Source: a virus. From it: DNA of 64,000 nucleotides. A program made the position numbers and the translations under genes. This document shows positions 35,544 to 45,786 of the stretch, piece after piece; position 1 is the stretch's first letter, and the number at the start of each line of letters is the position of its first letter. Location: the IMG/VR virus record IMGVR_UViG_3300030329_005959, positions 1 to 64,000 of that record; one strand, 5' to 3'. The notes under the pieces were generated by a model, which saw only the letters and a program-made list of their open reading frames with translations, did not search any database and was not told the DNA's origin.

Positions 35544-37186
35544 AAAGATATAAGTGGCTCAACAAAGACTCTCGCGATTTTTTAAAGAGAGGATATCTTA
35601 AAGAGGGGGAATCGGCAGAACAGCGAGGCCACGACATTGCTGTAGCCGCAGAAAAACTACTTAAAATTAAGGGCTTTTCTGAAAAATTCGAAGAATATTT
35701 GTTTAGGGGATTTTATTCCTTAGCTAGTCCAGTCTGGGCTAATTTTGGAAGAGAGAGAGGTCTTCCTATTTCCTGTAATGGAGTCTTTATTGAAGATAGA
35801 ATGGACGCGATCCTCGACAAACAAGCCGAGGTGGGGATGCAAACAAAACACGGTTCTGGCACATCTGGATATTTTGGTGAATTAAGATCAAGAGGAGCAG
35901 ATATCTCAGCAGGGGGGACATCTAGCGGCCCCGTCCATTTTATGGAGCTTTTTGATAAGGTTTCTTCTGTTGTTTCTCAAAGCAATGTTAGAAGGGGTTC
36001 TTTTGCCGCATATTTACCTGTAGAGCACCCCGACATTAGCGAGTTCTTAAGAATACGGAGCGAAGGAAATCCAATACAAGAAATGTCTTTTGCTGTTTGC
36101 ATCACAGACGAATGGATGCGATCCATGATAGAAGGAGACAGAAAAAAACGATCAATATGGGCATCTATTATAAGAAAAAGATTTGAAACAGGCTATCCTT
36201 ATATTTTCTTTACAGATACAGCAAACAAAGAGGCCCCAAAACCATATAAAGACAAAAAACTTAAAATTAGTGCATCTAATCTCTGTAGCGAAATATTTCT
36301 ACACTCTTCAGAAGACGAGTCTTTTGTTTGCTGTTTATCTTCCCTAAACCTTCTTATGTGGGATGATATTGTAAAGACAGACGCTATAGAGACCCTTGTT
36401 TATTTTCTTGATGCTGTGATGGAGGAATATATTTTAAAAACAAAAAATATTCCTTTTATGGAAGCATCTCACAACTTTGCAAAAAGACAAAGAGCTTTAG
36501 GAGTCGGGGTTTTAGGCTGGCATTCTTTTTTGCAATCTAAAATGATTCCATTTGAAGGCATGGAGGCCAAGTTTTTAAACACTGAAATTCATAAGACTAT
36601 AAGAGAGAAGGCAGATAACGCCACCGAAGAATTAGCTGTGTTACTCGGAGAACCCACGCACCTTGAGGGGTATGGGAGGAGAAATATGACTACAATGGCA
36701 ATTGCTCCCACGACTTCTAGCTCTTTTATATTAGGCCAAGTGTCCCCATCAATAGAGCCTCTTAACAGTAATTATTTTACAAAGGATTTAGCTAAGGGTA
36801 AATTTACTTACAAAAACCCATATCTAGAAGAACTTTTGGAAGATAAAAAGAAAAATACACAAACCACTTGGAAGTCAATTCTCAGCAAAGGTGGTTCTGT
36901 TCAACACTTAGATTTTTTAACTAATGAAGAAAAAGATGTATTTAAAACCTTTGGCGAGACATCTCAAAAGGAGATCGTCATCCAAGCTTCTCAGCGACAA
37001 AAGTTTATAGATCAAGGCCAAAGTCTTAATTTGATGATTTCTCCCAAATGTCCTCCCAAACAAGCCAGCGAACTTCTTATTTTTGGATGGGAGCAGGGAA
37101 TTAAGAGCTTTTACTACCAGCGTAGCGCCAACCCGAGCCAAGAACTAGCTCGCTCTATTTTAAATTGTTCGTCGTGTGAAGGGTAG
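35540..37186 (+). CDS. nrdA: Ribonucleotide reductase class Ia alpha subunit (short, no ATP cone)
   Basis: LPISC, RRGSFAAYL, SNLCSEI, VCCLSSLNL, AIAPTTSSS, IDQGQSLN, KSFYY, C-terminal CSSCEG. Confidence 0.95.
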   Translation: MKRYKWLNKDSRDFLKRGYLKEGESAEQRGHDIAVAAEKLLKIKGFSEKFEEYLFRGFYSLASPVWANFGRERGLPISCNGVFIEDRMDAILDKQAEVGMQTKHGSGTSGYFGELRSRGADISAGGTSSGPVHFMELFDKVSSVVSQSNVRRGSFAAYLPVEHPDISEFLRIRSEGNPIQEMSFAVCITDEWMRSMIEGDRKKRSIWASIIRKRFETGYPYIFFTDTANKEAPKPYKDKKLKISASNLCSEIFLHSSEDESFVCCLSSLNLLMWDDIVKTDAIETLVYFLDAVMEEYILKTKNIPFMEASHNFAKRQRALGVGVLGWHSFLQSKMIPFEGMEAKFLNTEIHKTIREKADNATEELAVLLGEPTHLEGYGRRNMTTMAIAPTTSSSFILGQVSPSIEPLNSNYFTKDLAKGKFTYKNPYLEELLEDKKKNTQTTWKSILSKGGSVQHLDFLTNEEKDVFKTFGETSQKEIVIQASQRQKFIDQGQSLNLMISPKCPPKQASELLIFGWEQGIKSFYYQRSANPSQELARSILNCSSCEG

Positions 37187-37202
37187 GTGTAAATTTAATA
37201 AT

Positions 37203-37619
37203 ATGAAATCTAGCTTTTCAGAAAAAATTTATACCTGCCTTGTAGCTAAGGTTATAAAATATAATGAAGAGCAAAAATCTCCTATTACGGTTGATCAATT
37301 AATCAGGGTATATAAAAGAGGAGAAAAAACCTCTAGAGTTTTCTTTTCTTTCGACAAAAGCACCGCGCAGTGGGCTATGGCCCGAGTAAATATGTTTTTG
37401 CGTCTTAGCTCAGACCGCCGCGTATGTGACTCTTACCGATTCCAAGACTTAGACATATCTAAAGGCATAGACCGAACCTATCATCAAGAGGAAGCGGAAC
37501 CTTTCTGGAAGTTTTCTGAGTTAGATTTTACCATGGCTCGTTCTGATTTGCTATTGGCTCATATCACCGACAAAGAGGCAGAAAATACGTTTTTCCCTCC
37601 CGTTCTTGAAGAAGATTAG
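37203..37619 (+). CDS. Hypothetical protein
   Basis: LIRVYKRG...QWAMARVNMFLR; ATG 10 nt after GTGTAA. Confidence 0.65.
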   Translation: MKSSFSEKIYTCLVAKVIKYNEEQKSPITVDQLIRVYKRGEKTSRVFFSFDKSTAQWAMARVNMFLRLSSDRRVCDSYRFQDLDISKGIDRTYHQEEAEPFWKFSELDFTMARSDLLLAHITDKEAENTFFPPVLEED

Positions 37620-37638
37620 TTTTCGGTTATAATCACCG

Positions 37639-39276
37639 ATGTCTAGTAAAAAGATCTCTGTGTGCGCTTTATGGCGCGATAGCGAATCCCATATTAATAG
37701 AACTTTAAATCAATTTGAAGATTTAGAAGAGTTGGATTTTGATTTTGAATATTATTTTTATGAAAATGACTCTAAAGATAATACTTCTACTTTGCTCCAA
37801 GCGTGGCTTAAGGACAGAGAGGGCATATTAAAAACTGAGACTTTGGGTGCTACAAAATTTGGCAGCACTCATGATCTGGAACGTATGCAGCTTCTGTCTG
37901 ACTGTAGAAACAAATGCAAAGATTTACTGTGTGATACTGAATCAGAATATACACTACTTGTTGATTCGGATATTATTTTTAATAAAGAAAATTTATTAGC
38001 CCATTTTGAGACCATCAAATCACTGGATGATTGTGTTATGTTAACTCCTAATGTGAGACAAAACATACCTGATCTTATCCAACATAATTCGCAAGATTCT
38101 TATTACGACATTTTACCTTTCTGGGACAGCGAAAAGAAAAATGCTTTAGGCTGGTCAAATTGCCCCTTCAGGAATGGCATCGACATTATGAATTGGAACC
38201 TTGGTAAACCCATTAAATGTTTTTCAGCCTTTGGTGGCTTCGCTTTAATAAAGACAGAGGTTCTTAAAAAAATCAATTGGTCTACAATAGGGGCTAGCGA
38301 GCATGTTAATTTTTGCCAAGAAATTAATGATTACGGCTCTATTTATATTGATCCCAAAAATAAAGTTTATGCCGAAGTAGAATTAGATTATTTACATTTA
38401 GAGGCTTTTAAAGAGACTGCTGTGGATAGGAGCAGGAAACCAATAACAATTGATCATGAAATTTTTACGAGTCAGAACTATAAAAAATTAAACTCTATAA
38501 AAAACCCAAAGGAGAAATCTAAGTATATTAAAGATTTGTTTTTGGAAAAAACAACCACCCAAACTGAAAAGCTTAAATTTCTTAAAAATTGTTTTCAAGG
38601 AGAAAAGGCTGTCCTAGTCTCCTGCGGCCCCTCTATTACTGAGCAAGATGAAGAAAAATTAAAATCCATCTTGGAAACCCGATTAGTTCTATCAATTAAA
38701 CAAAGCTTTGATCTTTTCTCCGAATATGTGGACATCCACTTCTATAATTGTGCTAACTATAAAAAATATGATTATTCTATACATAAGCCAATTGTATTTG
38801 AGGCTTCTACGGTTTATGGAAAGCTAGGGGAGTGTGATTTACTCTTTAAAATACCACAAGGAATGGATTATGATAACTCTTTATGTTCTCACAAAGACTT
38901 GGATTCTTGGACTTTAGAAAAGCAACCTTTTGAGAGGTGCTATGGCCCAGGAATCGAGTATGAAATAGTGTTATTTGCTGTAGAACATTTAGGCATATCC
39001 GAGTTAGTTACAATAGGTTGGGACAATAAACTTATAAACAACGGTGACGCTGATAGACAACATTTTTACGATAAAAACACAGGTTCGAACGAACAATGGA
39101 TTCAGGCGAACAAGGTTTCTAGCTCAGAGTTTTCTGTTAGCAAACTAAGCACAGAAGAAGAAATGACATCTGGCTTTATAATGGATTTTTATAATTGGCT
39201 TAAATCTAAAGGATGCGAGTTAAAAATAGTTTCTGAAATCAGCCCCGCTCCAAACGAAATTAAAACAACCTTATGA
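37639..39276 (+). CDS. Fusion: GT-A glycosyltransferase plus Maf/DUF115-like (sialyltransferase-fold) domain
   Basis: N-half: YENDSKDNT, LSDCRNK, LVDSD (DxD), SAFGGFAL, SEHVNFC. C-half: LKNCFQGEKAVLVSCGPSI, HLGISELVTIGWD, HFY. Confidence 0.7.
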   Translation: MSSKKISVCALWRDSESHINRTLNQFEDLEELDFDFEYYFYENDSKDNTSTLLQAWLKDREGILKTETLGATKFGSTHDLERMQLLSDCRNKCKDLLCDTESEYTLLVDSDIIFNKENLLAHFETIKSLDDCVMLTPNVRQNIPDLIQHNSQDSYYDILPFWDSEKKNALGWSNCPFRNGIDIMNWNLGKPIKCFSAFGGFALIKTEVLKKINWSTIGASEHVNFCQEINDYGSIYIDPKNKVYAEVELDYLHLEAFKETAVDRSRKPITIDHEIFTSQNYKKLNSIKNPKEKSKYIKDLFLEKTTTQTEKLKFLKNCFQGEKAVLVSCGPSITEQDEEKLKSILETRLVLSIKQSFDLFSEYVDIHFYNCANYKKYDYSIHKPIVFEASTVYGKLGECDLLFKIPQGMDYDNSLCSHKDLDSWTLEKQPFERCYGPGIEYEIVLFAVEHLGISELVTIGWDNKLINNGDADRQHFYDKNTGSNEQWIQANKVSSSEFSVSKLSTEEEMTSGFIMDFYNWLKSKGCELKIVSEISPAPNEIKTTL

Positions 39277-40295
39277 AGACTTTTTTCAAAAACAAAAAAG
39301 TGTTAGTAACTGGAGGAACAGGCTCTCTCGGACAAAAACTTGTAGAAAGATTGCAGTCTTATGATGCTTTACCTATAGTTTACAGCAGAGATGAAGGCAA
39401 ACAGGCTCTCAACTTTAAAAACAATAACAACTTAATCAAAATTATTGGGGATGTGAGAGATTTTGACAAACTTAATACATCTCTCAAAATTCACAAACCC
39501 GATTTTATTATACATGCTGCGGCCTTAAAGAGAATTGATGATATGGAGTTTTATCCTGATGAATGTGTCAAAACAAATGTATCAGGATCGGAAAACGTGG
39601 CGAGAGCCGCCCTGCAAAACGAGATTCAGAAATGTATATTAGTATCCACCGATAAAGCCTGTAAGCCAATTAATGTTTATGGGTCTTCTAAATTTTTAGC
39701 GGAAAGATTTTTTACTAACTATGATTACAATTCGGATACGACAATCTTTTCGTCAGTTAGATATGGAAATGTGATTGCCTCCCGAGGTTCTTTTATACCA
39801 CTATGGGTTGATGCCATACAAAAAAACGAGAGTATAAAAATTACATCTACTGAATGCACCAGATTTCTGTTCACCTTAAAAGATTCTGTAGATACAGTTT
39901 TAAGCTCACTCCAAAACAGTGTGGGAGGGGAGGTATTTGTTCCCCAGATCAACTCTTATACACTTCCTGTTTGCGTTAAAGCTCTTGAATATTTGTTTGA
40001 TAAAAAAGCCAAGACTCACATTATCGGACTGAGACCTGGAGAAAAGCTGCACGAAGATATGTTAGCTGAAACAGAACTTCCGTTTACTTATAAGGTCGAG
40101 GACCATGATTTTTTGCAATTATTTAATGAAGAGCCTACCGAGCGTGTTGATTTATTGCAAATAAGACCCCAATATACCAAAAAAACATATCAAACTTTTT
40201 CGAAATATGAGGGTCCGCACTTCAACTCAGAACTTTGGGTTAAGGAGGATGTCGAAGAATTATCACGATTGATTGAGTCAGGCTTAAAATGTTAA
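39273..40295 (+). CDS. pseB: UDP-GlcNAc 4,6-dehydratase (PseB/FlaA1 family)
   Basis: TGGTGSLG, YSRDEGKQ, HAAALK, STDKACKPINVYGSSK, VRYGNVIASRGS, GLRPGEKLHE. Confidence 0.88.
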   Translation: MKTFFKNKKVLVTGGTGSLGQKLVERLQSYDALPIVYSRDEGKQALNFKNNNNLIKIIGDVRDFDKLNTSLKIHKPDFIIHAAALKRIDDMEFYPDECVKTNVSGSENVARAALQNEIQKCILVSTDKACKPINVYGSSKFLAERFFTNYDYNSDTTIFSSVRYGNVIASRGSFIPLWVDAIQKNESIKITSTECTRFLFTLKDSVDTVLSSLQNSVGGEVFVPQINSYTLPVCVKALEYLFDKKAKTHIIGLRPGEKLHEDMLAETELPFTYKVEDHDFLQLFNEEPTERVDLLQIRPQYTKKTYQTFSKYEGPHFNSELWVKEDVEELSRLIESGLKC

Positions 40296-41545
40296 CATCA
40301 GAAGAAATATTATGGCAAAACGCCATTAGACTAATGCCGCGAGGGACGCAAACAATGAGTAAGTGTCCCGATCAGTTTGTAGAGGGGGTCTATCCCAAGT
40401 TCGCTAAAAAATCTAAAGGAGCTTATATCCAAGCTCTAGACAACAAGTGGTATTTGGACTACATGTGTGGGTTGGGTCCAATTATTTTAGGCTTTAATCA
40501 CAAGAAAACAAACAAGGCTATATCCAACCAACTCAAAAAAGGAATTATTCATTCTCTCCCTACGCTGTTGGAGCAAGAACTGGCTGCTTTAATATGTGAT
40601 AGTGTTCCGTGTGCGGAGCAGGTTAGATTTGCTAAAAATGGAACTGATGTAGATCTCGCTGCGGTGCGAATAGCCCGTTCATACACTGGTAGAGAACATA
40701 TTGTTAAGTGTGGATATCATGGATGGGGAGACTGGCACGGCATCACTCTTCGTCCCCACGGCATACCTAAGTGTCTAGAAGAATGTGTTTCTGAGTTTGA
40801 ATACAACAACCTCGCCAGTTTAGAGAGCGAACTTTCTAAGCGCCCTGTGGCGGGGGTAATAATGGAAGCTCAAGCTCTGACAAAACCACAAGAAGGCTTC
40901 TTGCAGGGGGTTAAGGACTTATGTAGGAAGCATGGAGCGGTGTTGATATTTGATGAAGTAGTCACAGGGTTTCGTTGGGCACTGGGGGGCGCTCAAGAAC
41001 ATTATGGAGTCACTCCTGACTTATGTTGTTTAGGGAAAGGAATGGCTAACGGAATGCCTCTTAGTGCCATCGCTGGAAAAAAAGAATATATGCAAGAACT
41101 TAATCATGCATTTTTTTCTATGACTTTTGGAGGAGAATGTTTATCTTTAGCCGCGTCTATAGAAACAATAAAAGAGCTTAAAAATAAAAACTATAAACAT
41201 ATTTGGGATCTAGGAAACAAGCTGGACAAAGGAATAAAAGAAGCCGCCAAAAAGCACGGGTTAGAAATTAATTTTAGTGGAAGCGCCCCTCGACACAATC
41301 TATCATTTAGCGACAAATACGATGATCCTCAAGGCATGAAAGCTCTTTTTTATCAAGAAATGTTCAGAGAGGGTGTTCTTTTCCCTAATGTCATTTATAT
41401 ACAATTTTCTCACACTTTGAAAGACATAGAAAAAACTATAACAGCAGCAGACAAATCTTTTTCTTTTCTGAAAAAAAATCTCAATAAAATAGATTTAGTT
41501 TTGAGAGGAAAAAGGAGCATTAACATTTTTAGAAAAAACACTTAA
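40289..41545 (+). CDS. Class III PLP aminotransferase (GSA-aminomutase-like)
   Basis: YLDYMCGLGPIILG, VRFAKNGTD, GYHGW, LIFDEVVTGFR, PDLCCLGKGMANGMP. Confidence 0.9.
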   Translation: MLTSEEILWQNAIRLMPRGTQTMSKCPDQFVEGVYPKFAKKSKGAYIQALDNKWYLDYMCGLGPIILGFNHKKTNKAISNQLKKGIIHSLPTLLEQELAALICDSVPCAEQVRFAKNGTDVDLAAVRIARSYTGREHIVKCGYHGWGDWHGITLRPHGIPKCLEECVSEFEYNNLASLESELSKRPVAGVIMEAQALTKPQEGFLQGVKDLCRKHGAVLIFDEVVTGFRWALGGAQEHYGVTPDLCCLGKGMANGMPLSAIAGKKEYMQELNHAFFSMTFGGECLSLAASIETIKELKNKNYKHIWDLGNKLDKGIKEAAKKHGLEINFSGSAPRHNLSFSDKYDDPQGMKALFYQEMFREGVLFPNVIYIQFSHTLKDIEKTITAADKSFSFLKKNLNKIDLVLRGKRSINIFRKNT

Positions 41546-42486
41546 TGAAAGAAAAAATTAAAGAAATAGAACAGGCTCTTGATGCCCTTTTGCTCGATCA
41601 AGAAAACAGAGTAGATAGGTTTGATGCAAATTACATTGATGACTTTCACTTTATTCTGAAAGAAACCCATTCAATTAAAAAAACCGAAGACGAACACAAC
41701 GACAGTTTCAACAAACTTAAAAAGCTCGTTGGTGGGAATTCAAAATCTGTTAAAGAACTAGGCGAAACTATAAAAACCATAGAAGGATTAAACATATCTA
41801 AATATAAGCCAAAGGAATCTGACTCATCTACTAAATCTGAGCATAAGTATGATCAAACTTCTAGTTGGGACTCAGCTAAAGACCTCAAAGTTAATGACCA
41901 AAATAAAGATAAACTTAATCAACTTCAGGTCGATTATTCGGTTCTTAGTCATGCTAATCAAAAAGTCGCCCCTTCAGTTTTTTGGAGGCGCGACGGTTTA
42001 ACTGATGAAAAAAACCAGCTATTTAAGGATTTTTGTGCTGGAAAAAAAGTCCTATGCATAGGGCCAAGATGGGCCGAAGAGGTTTCATATATATCTAACA
42101 CCTTTAAGTGTGAAGCTCTTGGGTTAGATCTTTTTTCGAATAACAAAGATCTAGTAAAAGTCGGTGATATGCACGATATGCCTTTTGAGGATAACACCTT
42201 CGATGTAGTATATCAAAAGAACACTTTTAACAAATCTTACGACATTAGAAAATGTTTAGACGAGTGCGTGAGGGTTTTAGTCAATGGTGGCGTTATAATT
42301 TCTGACGAACTATTAGGATATAATATTGGAGTCAATGAAATTGCCCGAACGAGTATAAACAGGAATTCTTGGTATACCTCCTATCTTGATAAAACAGTAG
42401 ATGAGATTTTGTGTGACAAAGAAGTGTCCATAAACGCAAGCTGGGTGGATCTTGTTGGACTATATGCTGTTAAAATAAAAAAATAG
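41545..42486 (+). CDS. Class I SAM-dependent methyltransferase with N-terminal extension
   Basis: KVLCIGPR, GLDL, GDMHDMPFEDNTFDVV, ECVRVLVNGG. Confidence 0.85.
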   Translation: MKEKIKEIEQALDALLLDQENRVDRFDANYIDDFHFILKETHSIKKTEDEHNDSFNKLKKLVGGNSKSVKELGETIKTIEGLNISKYKPKESDSSTKSEHKYDQTSSWDSAKDLKVNDQNKDKLNQLQVDYSVLSHANQKVAPSVFWRRDGLTDEKNQLFKDFCAGKKVLCIGPRWAEEVSYISNTFKCEALGLDLFSNNKDLVKVGDMHDMPFEDNTFDVVYQKNTFNKSYDIRKCLDECVRVLVNGGVIISDELLGYNIGVNEIARTSINRNSWYTSYLDKTVDEILCDKEVSINASWVDLVGLYAVKIKK

Positions 42487-42488
42487 CT

Positions 42489-43178
42489 ATGAAGTCTATA
42501 GAAAACACTCTTTTTTTTATTCAAGCGAGGACTCAATCGACAAGAGTGCCTAACAAAATGTTAAGGCCGTTTGCTGATTCGAACTTATTTGAAATAGCTG
42601 TTAAAAAACTACTCAAGTCAGAGGTCATACCTAAAGATAATTTTTATTTATCTATAATGGATGAGGAGTTGATTAAAATAGCAGAAAAGTATAATGTAAA
42701 CTATTTTACGAGAAGCGAAGAGTCTACTCAAGAACCAGTTACTTTACCGAAAGTGTTTGAGTGGCACGACAAGCTACCGTTTACACACTATGTGAATGTA
42801 AACGCTTGCAATCCACTTCTTAAAATAGAAACCATAGACAGTTTTATCCAAAAATTTTTACAAACCAAATCAAGGGGACTGTTTGGTGTCTTTGAGAAAA
42901 AAACTTTTCTTTTTGGGTGTAATCACTCAATGTTAAATGAGTTTTATGGAGGCGAAAGACATTTATCCACACTGGAAACCAAGTTTGTGGAGACCTGTTA
43001 TGAGGCAGCTCATTCTTTGTATGCTGGTTGCGTAGAAGATATCAAAAAGCACATTTATATGGGCTCATTTACTAGCGAAAATGATCCTGAGTTCTTTATT
43101 CTTGATGAAAAAGAGTGTCTAGACATTGATTGGCCTTGGCAATTTGAAATGGCGGAAAAACTTTATTCAAATTCATGA
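42489..43178 (+). CDS. CMP-nonulosonate synthetase (NeuA/PseF-like cytidylyltransferase)
   Basis: IQARTQSTRVPNKMLRPF, NACNPLL, CLDIDWPWQF. Confidence 0.85.
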   Translation: MKSIENTLFFIQARTQSTRVPNKMLRPFADSNLFEIAVKKLLKSEVIPKDNFYLSIMDEELIKIAEKYNVNYFTRSEESTQEPVTLPKVFEWHDKLPFTHYVNVNACNPLLKIETIDSFIQKFLQTKSRGLFGVFEKKTFLFGCNHSMLNEFYGGERHLSTLETKFVETCYEAAHSLYAGCVEDIKKHIYMGSFTSENDPEFFILDEKECLDIDWPWQFEMAEKLYSNS

Positions 43179-43984
43179 AAGCAGTAATAATTGGTGGAGG
43201 CTCCATTGGTCAGCGACATGCGGGGAACTTAAAAGGTTTGGGTGTTAATACTAGAATTGTAGATATTGATGAAATAGAAACCATAGACTCTATCTTAAAT
43301 AATGGCTTTGATTTTGGTTTGGTTTGCTCACCGAATCTATATCATATAGAACATTGCACAAAATTAGCGGAATATAACATTCCAACCTTCTGTGAAAAAC
43401 CTTTTTATTCTGACGTTGACGGAGTGGCTTCTCTTTTAAAAACTGTTGAAGAAAAAAAATTAATCACAATGGTAGCGGCGAACTTAAGATTCGCGGACGA
43501 GGTGAAATCTATTGATTCTACAGCTAGCTATATTAATGTCCACTTTGGCTATGACCTAAAAAAATGGAGACCAGATTCGGACCACTTGCTTTCTTATAGT
43601 GCCAATAAAGCTTTAGGTGGAGGCATTCTCCTAGACGCTATACACGAACTAGATTACCTTTATTTTAAATTTGGTAAAATACAAGACATTTTTTATAACA
43701 AAAGCAAGTTAACAAATATCACAAATGATACCGAAGATTTGGTTGTCGGGCGCATTTATTTCGAAAGCGGAACTATAGCTGATTTTTCTCTTAACTATCT
43801 CTCGGAGGATTATCAAAGATATTACGATATTTTAGAGGACGGCGTTTTAAAAAGAAAAAACATAAATATCAGCAACCAGATGTATATAGACGAAATGACT
43901 TATTTTATTGATTGCGTGGTATCAAATACCCAAGGTATGAATAGTTTTAATGAGGCAAACACACTGTTAACTACAATTATTTAA
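43175..43984 (+). CDS. Gfo/Idh/MocA NAD-dependent oxidoreductase
   Basis: IIGGGSIGQRH, CSPNLYH, FCEKP, GGGILLDAIHELDY. Confidence 0.9.
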   Translation: MKAVIIGGGSIGQRHAGNLKGLGVNTRIVDIDEIETIDSILNNGFDFGLVCSPNLYHIEHCTKLAEYNIPTFCEKPFYSDVDGVASLLKTVEEKKLITMVAANLRFADEVKSIDSTASYINVHFGYDLKKWRPDSDHLLSYSANKALGGGILLDAIHELDYLYFKFGKIQDIFYNKSKLTNITNDTEDLVVGRIYFESGTIADFSLNYLSEDYQRYYDILEDGVLKRKNINISNQMYIDEMTYFIDCVVSNTQGMNSFNEANTLLTTII

Positions 43985-44809
43985 ATGGAAAATTGGGTCG
44001 AAAATAAAAAAGTGCATGATGCAGAATGGGGTATGCTCTATGCTTATTGTATGGCTAATGCTGCCAAATATACCAACATAAAAGAAGAGTGGGCGAATTT
44101 ATTCAGTTTTGAAATGGGGCACCCCCTTACCTTGAGATATATTTCAGAAGGTAAGCATAAGATTAACGGGAAGGAAGGATATTTTAAAAGCAAAAATAAA
44201 CATCTGCAAAACAGAATTGATAAATATATCACCCCAACGACTGATGCTATACTAGACTTAGGCGCTGGCTGGGGAAGGCACAGCATTCAGTTGGCCTTTA
44301 ATAATCCCGATTACAATATAATCTCGGGCGAACTATCAGATACAGGGAAGGCTATCCTAGAATATTTTATCGAAAAATATGATTTGTCTATCACAATCGT
44401 TGATTTTAATTGGCATGACCATAAATCTATAATTGATTTTTTGTCTCAGCAGTTTAGCTACGACGAAGGCAAAACTTGGTCTAACTTTAAAGAGATAATT
44501 ATTTTTACTAGCAATGCTATAGAGCAGATACCCAACATTAAGTTGGAATTCTTTACAGATTTATTGAGTTTGCCTATTAAAAAAATTAGCGCTATTCACA
44601 TCGAGCCTGTGAAGTTTCAATATGATAATGCTGATTTTCCCTTCTCCGAGGAAAATGCTCATTACAACCGAAACCTTAAAACGGTATTAGATAGTTTAGT
44701 ATCTTTGGGTCTTATTAAGATCAAAGATGTGATACCGCTCTATTGGGGGCACAGTTTAAATATAGCATCACAAAACAACACTCTAATAGAATGGGTAAAA
44801 CTTTTATAA
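43985..44809 (+). CDS. SAM-dependent methyltransferase-like protein
   Basis: ILDLGAGWGR motif I; FTSNAIEQIP, HIEP. Confidence 0.75.
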   Translation: MENWVENKKVHDAEWGMLYAYCMANAAKYTNIKEEWANLFSFEMGHPLTLRYISEGKHKINGKEGYFKSKNKHLQNRIDKYITPTTDAILDLGAGWGRHSIQLAFNNPDYNIISGELSDTGKAILEYFIEKYDLSITIVDFNWHDHKSIIDFLSQQFSYDEGKTWSNFKEIIIFTSNAIEQIPNIKLEFFTDLLSLPIKKISAIHIEPVKFQYDNADFPFSEENAHYNRNLKTVLDSLVSLGLIKIKDVIPLYWGHSLNIASQNNTLIEWVKLL

Positions 44810-45786
44810 TAGCTGAAGCAGGGGCAAATCACAATAGAAATTTTGACCAAGCGCTTTCTTTAATAGATGTAGCAAAAGAATCAGGGGCAACTGCGGTAAA
44901 GTTCCAAACTTATTCTTCAGAAACCCTCTATGCAGCAAGCACCCCAGATTTTGCGGGTTACAAAAACATAAGCAAACTAATAAAAGATATAGAGCTTCCC
45001 AGATCTTGGCAAAAAGATCTGAAGGATTACTGTGATGAGAGTGGGATTGAGTTTATGTCTACGCCTTTTGACGAGAAAGCTGTAGAAGAGCTTGTTGATT
45101 TAGGGGTTAAAAGACTTAAAATCTCAGGCTTTGAATCTACAGATCCTCGCTTTGTAAAATTAGTGGCGTCTACGGGTTTGCCAATTATAATGAGCATTGG
45201 AATAGGGTTTGACCTTAAATACGTAGAGTCTTTTTTAGAAATTTTTTCAGCGTATAACAATCACCTAACATTACTACACTGTAACAACGCTTACCCCACC
45301 CCCATGCAAGATGCAAACCTGCGGCAGATGGGGGTTTTATCGACGTATAAAGGTGTTGACGCAGTAGGTTTTTCTGACCATACAATTTCGACCCTAACCC
45401 CTTCTTGGGCGGTTGCTTTAGGAGCAACTGTTATTGAAAAACATTTTACTATAAGCCGCAAACTACGAGGACCAGACCACCCTTTTGCTCTTGAGCCTCT
45501 TGAACTTAAAGAAATGGTGGACAACATCCACTTGGCTGAACTAGCAATTAAAAACAAAGGTTCTGGCTTTACAAAATCTGAGAGGCCGTTTTCTAAAGCA
45601 ATGAGATCGGTGGTCTCTCTAGGGTCTATAAAAAAAGGAGAGGTTTTAACAGTTACTAACACTACTACCAAAAGGCCGTTTTTGGAGAATTCGGTTCCTG
45701 CATTTGATTATTTTAAGGTATTAGGTAAAATAGTTACAGAAGATATAGAAGACGACCAAATCTTAAACAAAAATCAAATCAAATGA
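44791..45786 (+). CDS. Nonulosonic acid synthase (NeuB/PseI family) with C-terminal SAF domain
   Basis: FIIAEAGANHN, AVKFQTY, FMSTPFD, LLHCNNAYPT, GFSDHT, IEKHFT, GPDHPFALEP, MRSVV...KRP. Confidence 0.93.
   Translation: MGKTFIIAEAGANHNRNFDQALSLIDVAKESGATAVKFQTYSSETLYAASTPDFAGYKNISKLIKDIELPRSWQKDLKDYCDESGIEFMSTPFDEKAVEELVDLGVKRLKISGFESTDPRFVKLVASTGLPIIMSIGIGFDLKYVESFLEIFSAYNNHLTLLHCNNAYPTPMQDANLRQMGVLSTYKGVDAVGFSDHTISTLTPSWAVALGATVIEKHFTISRKLRGPDHPFALEPLELKEMVDNIHLAELAIKNKGSGFTKSERPFSKAMRSVVSLGSIKKGEVLTVTNTTTKRPFLENSVPAFDYFKVLGKIVTEDIEDDQILNKNQIK

Noticed and set aside
40289-41545. hemL (tetrapyrrole biosynthesis) auxiliary gene
   Set aside because: It is embedded among nucleotide-sugar genes with no other heme genes, so a sugar aminotransferase role is more plausible.
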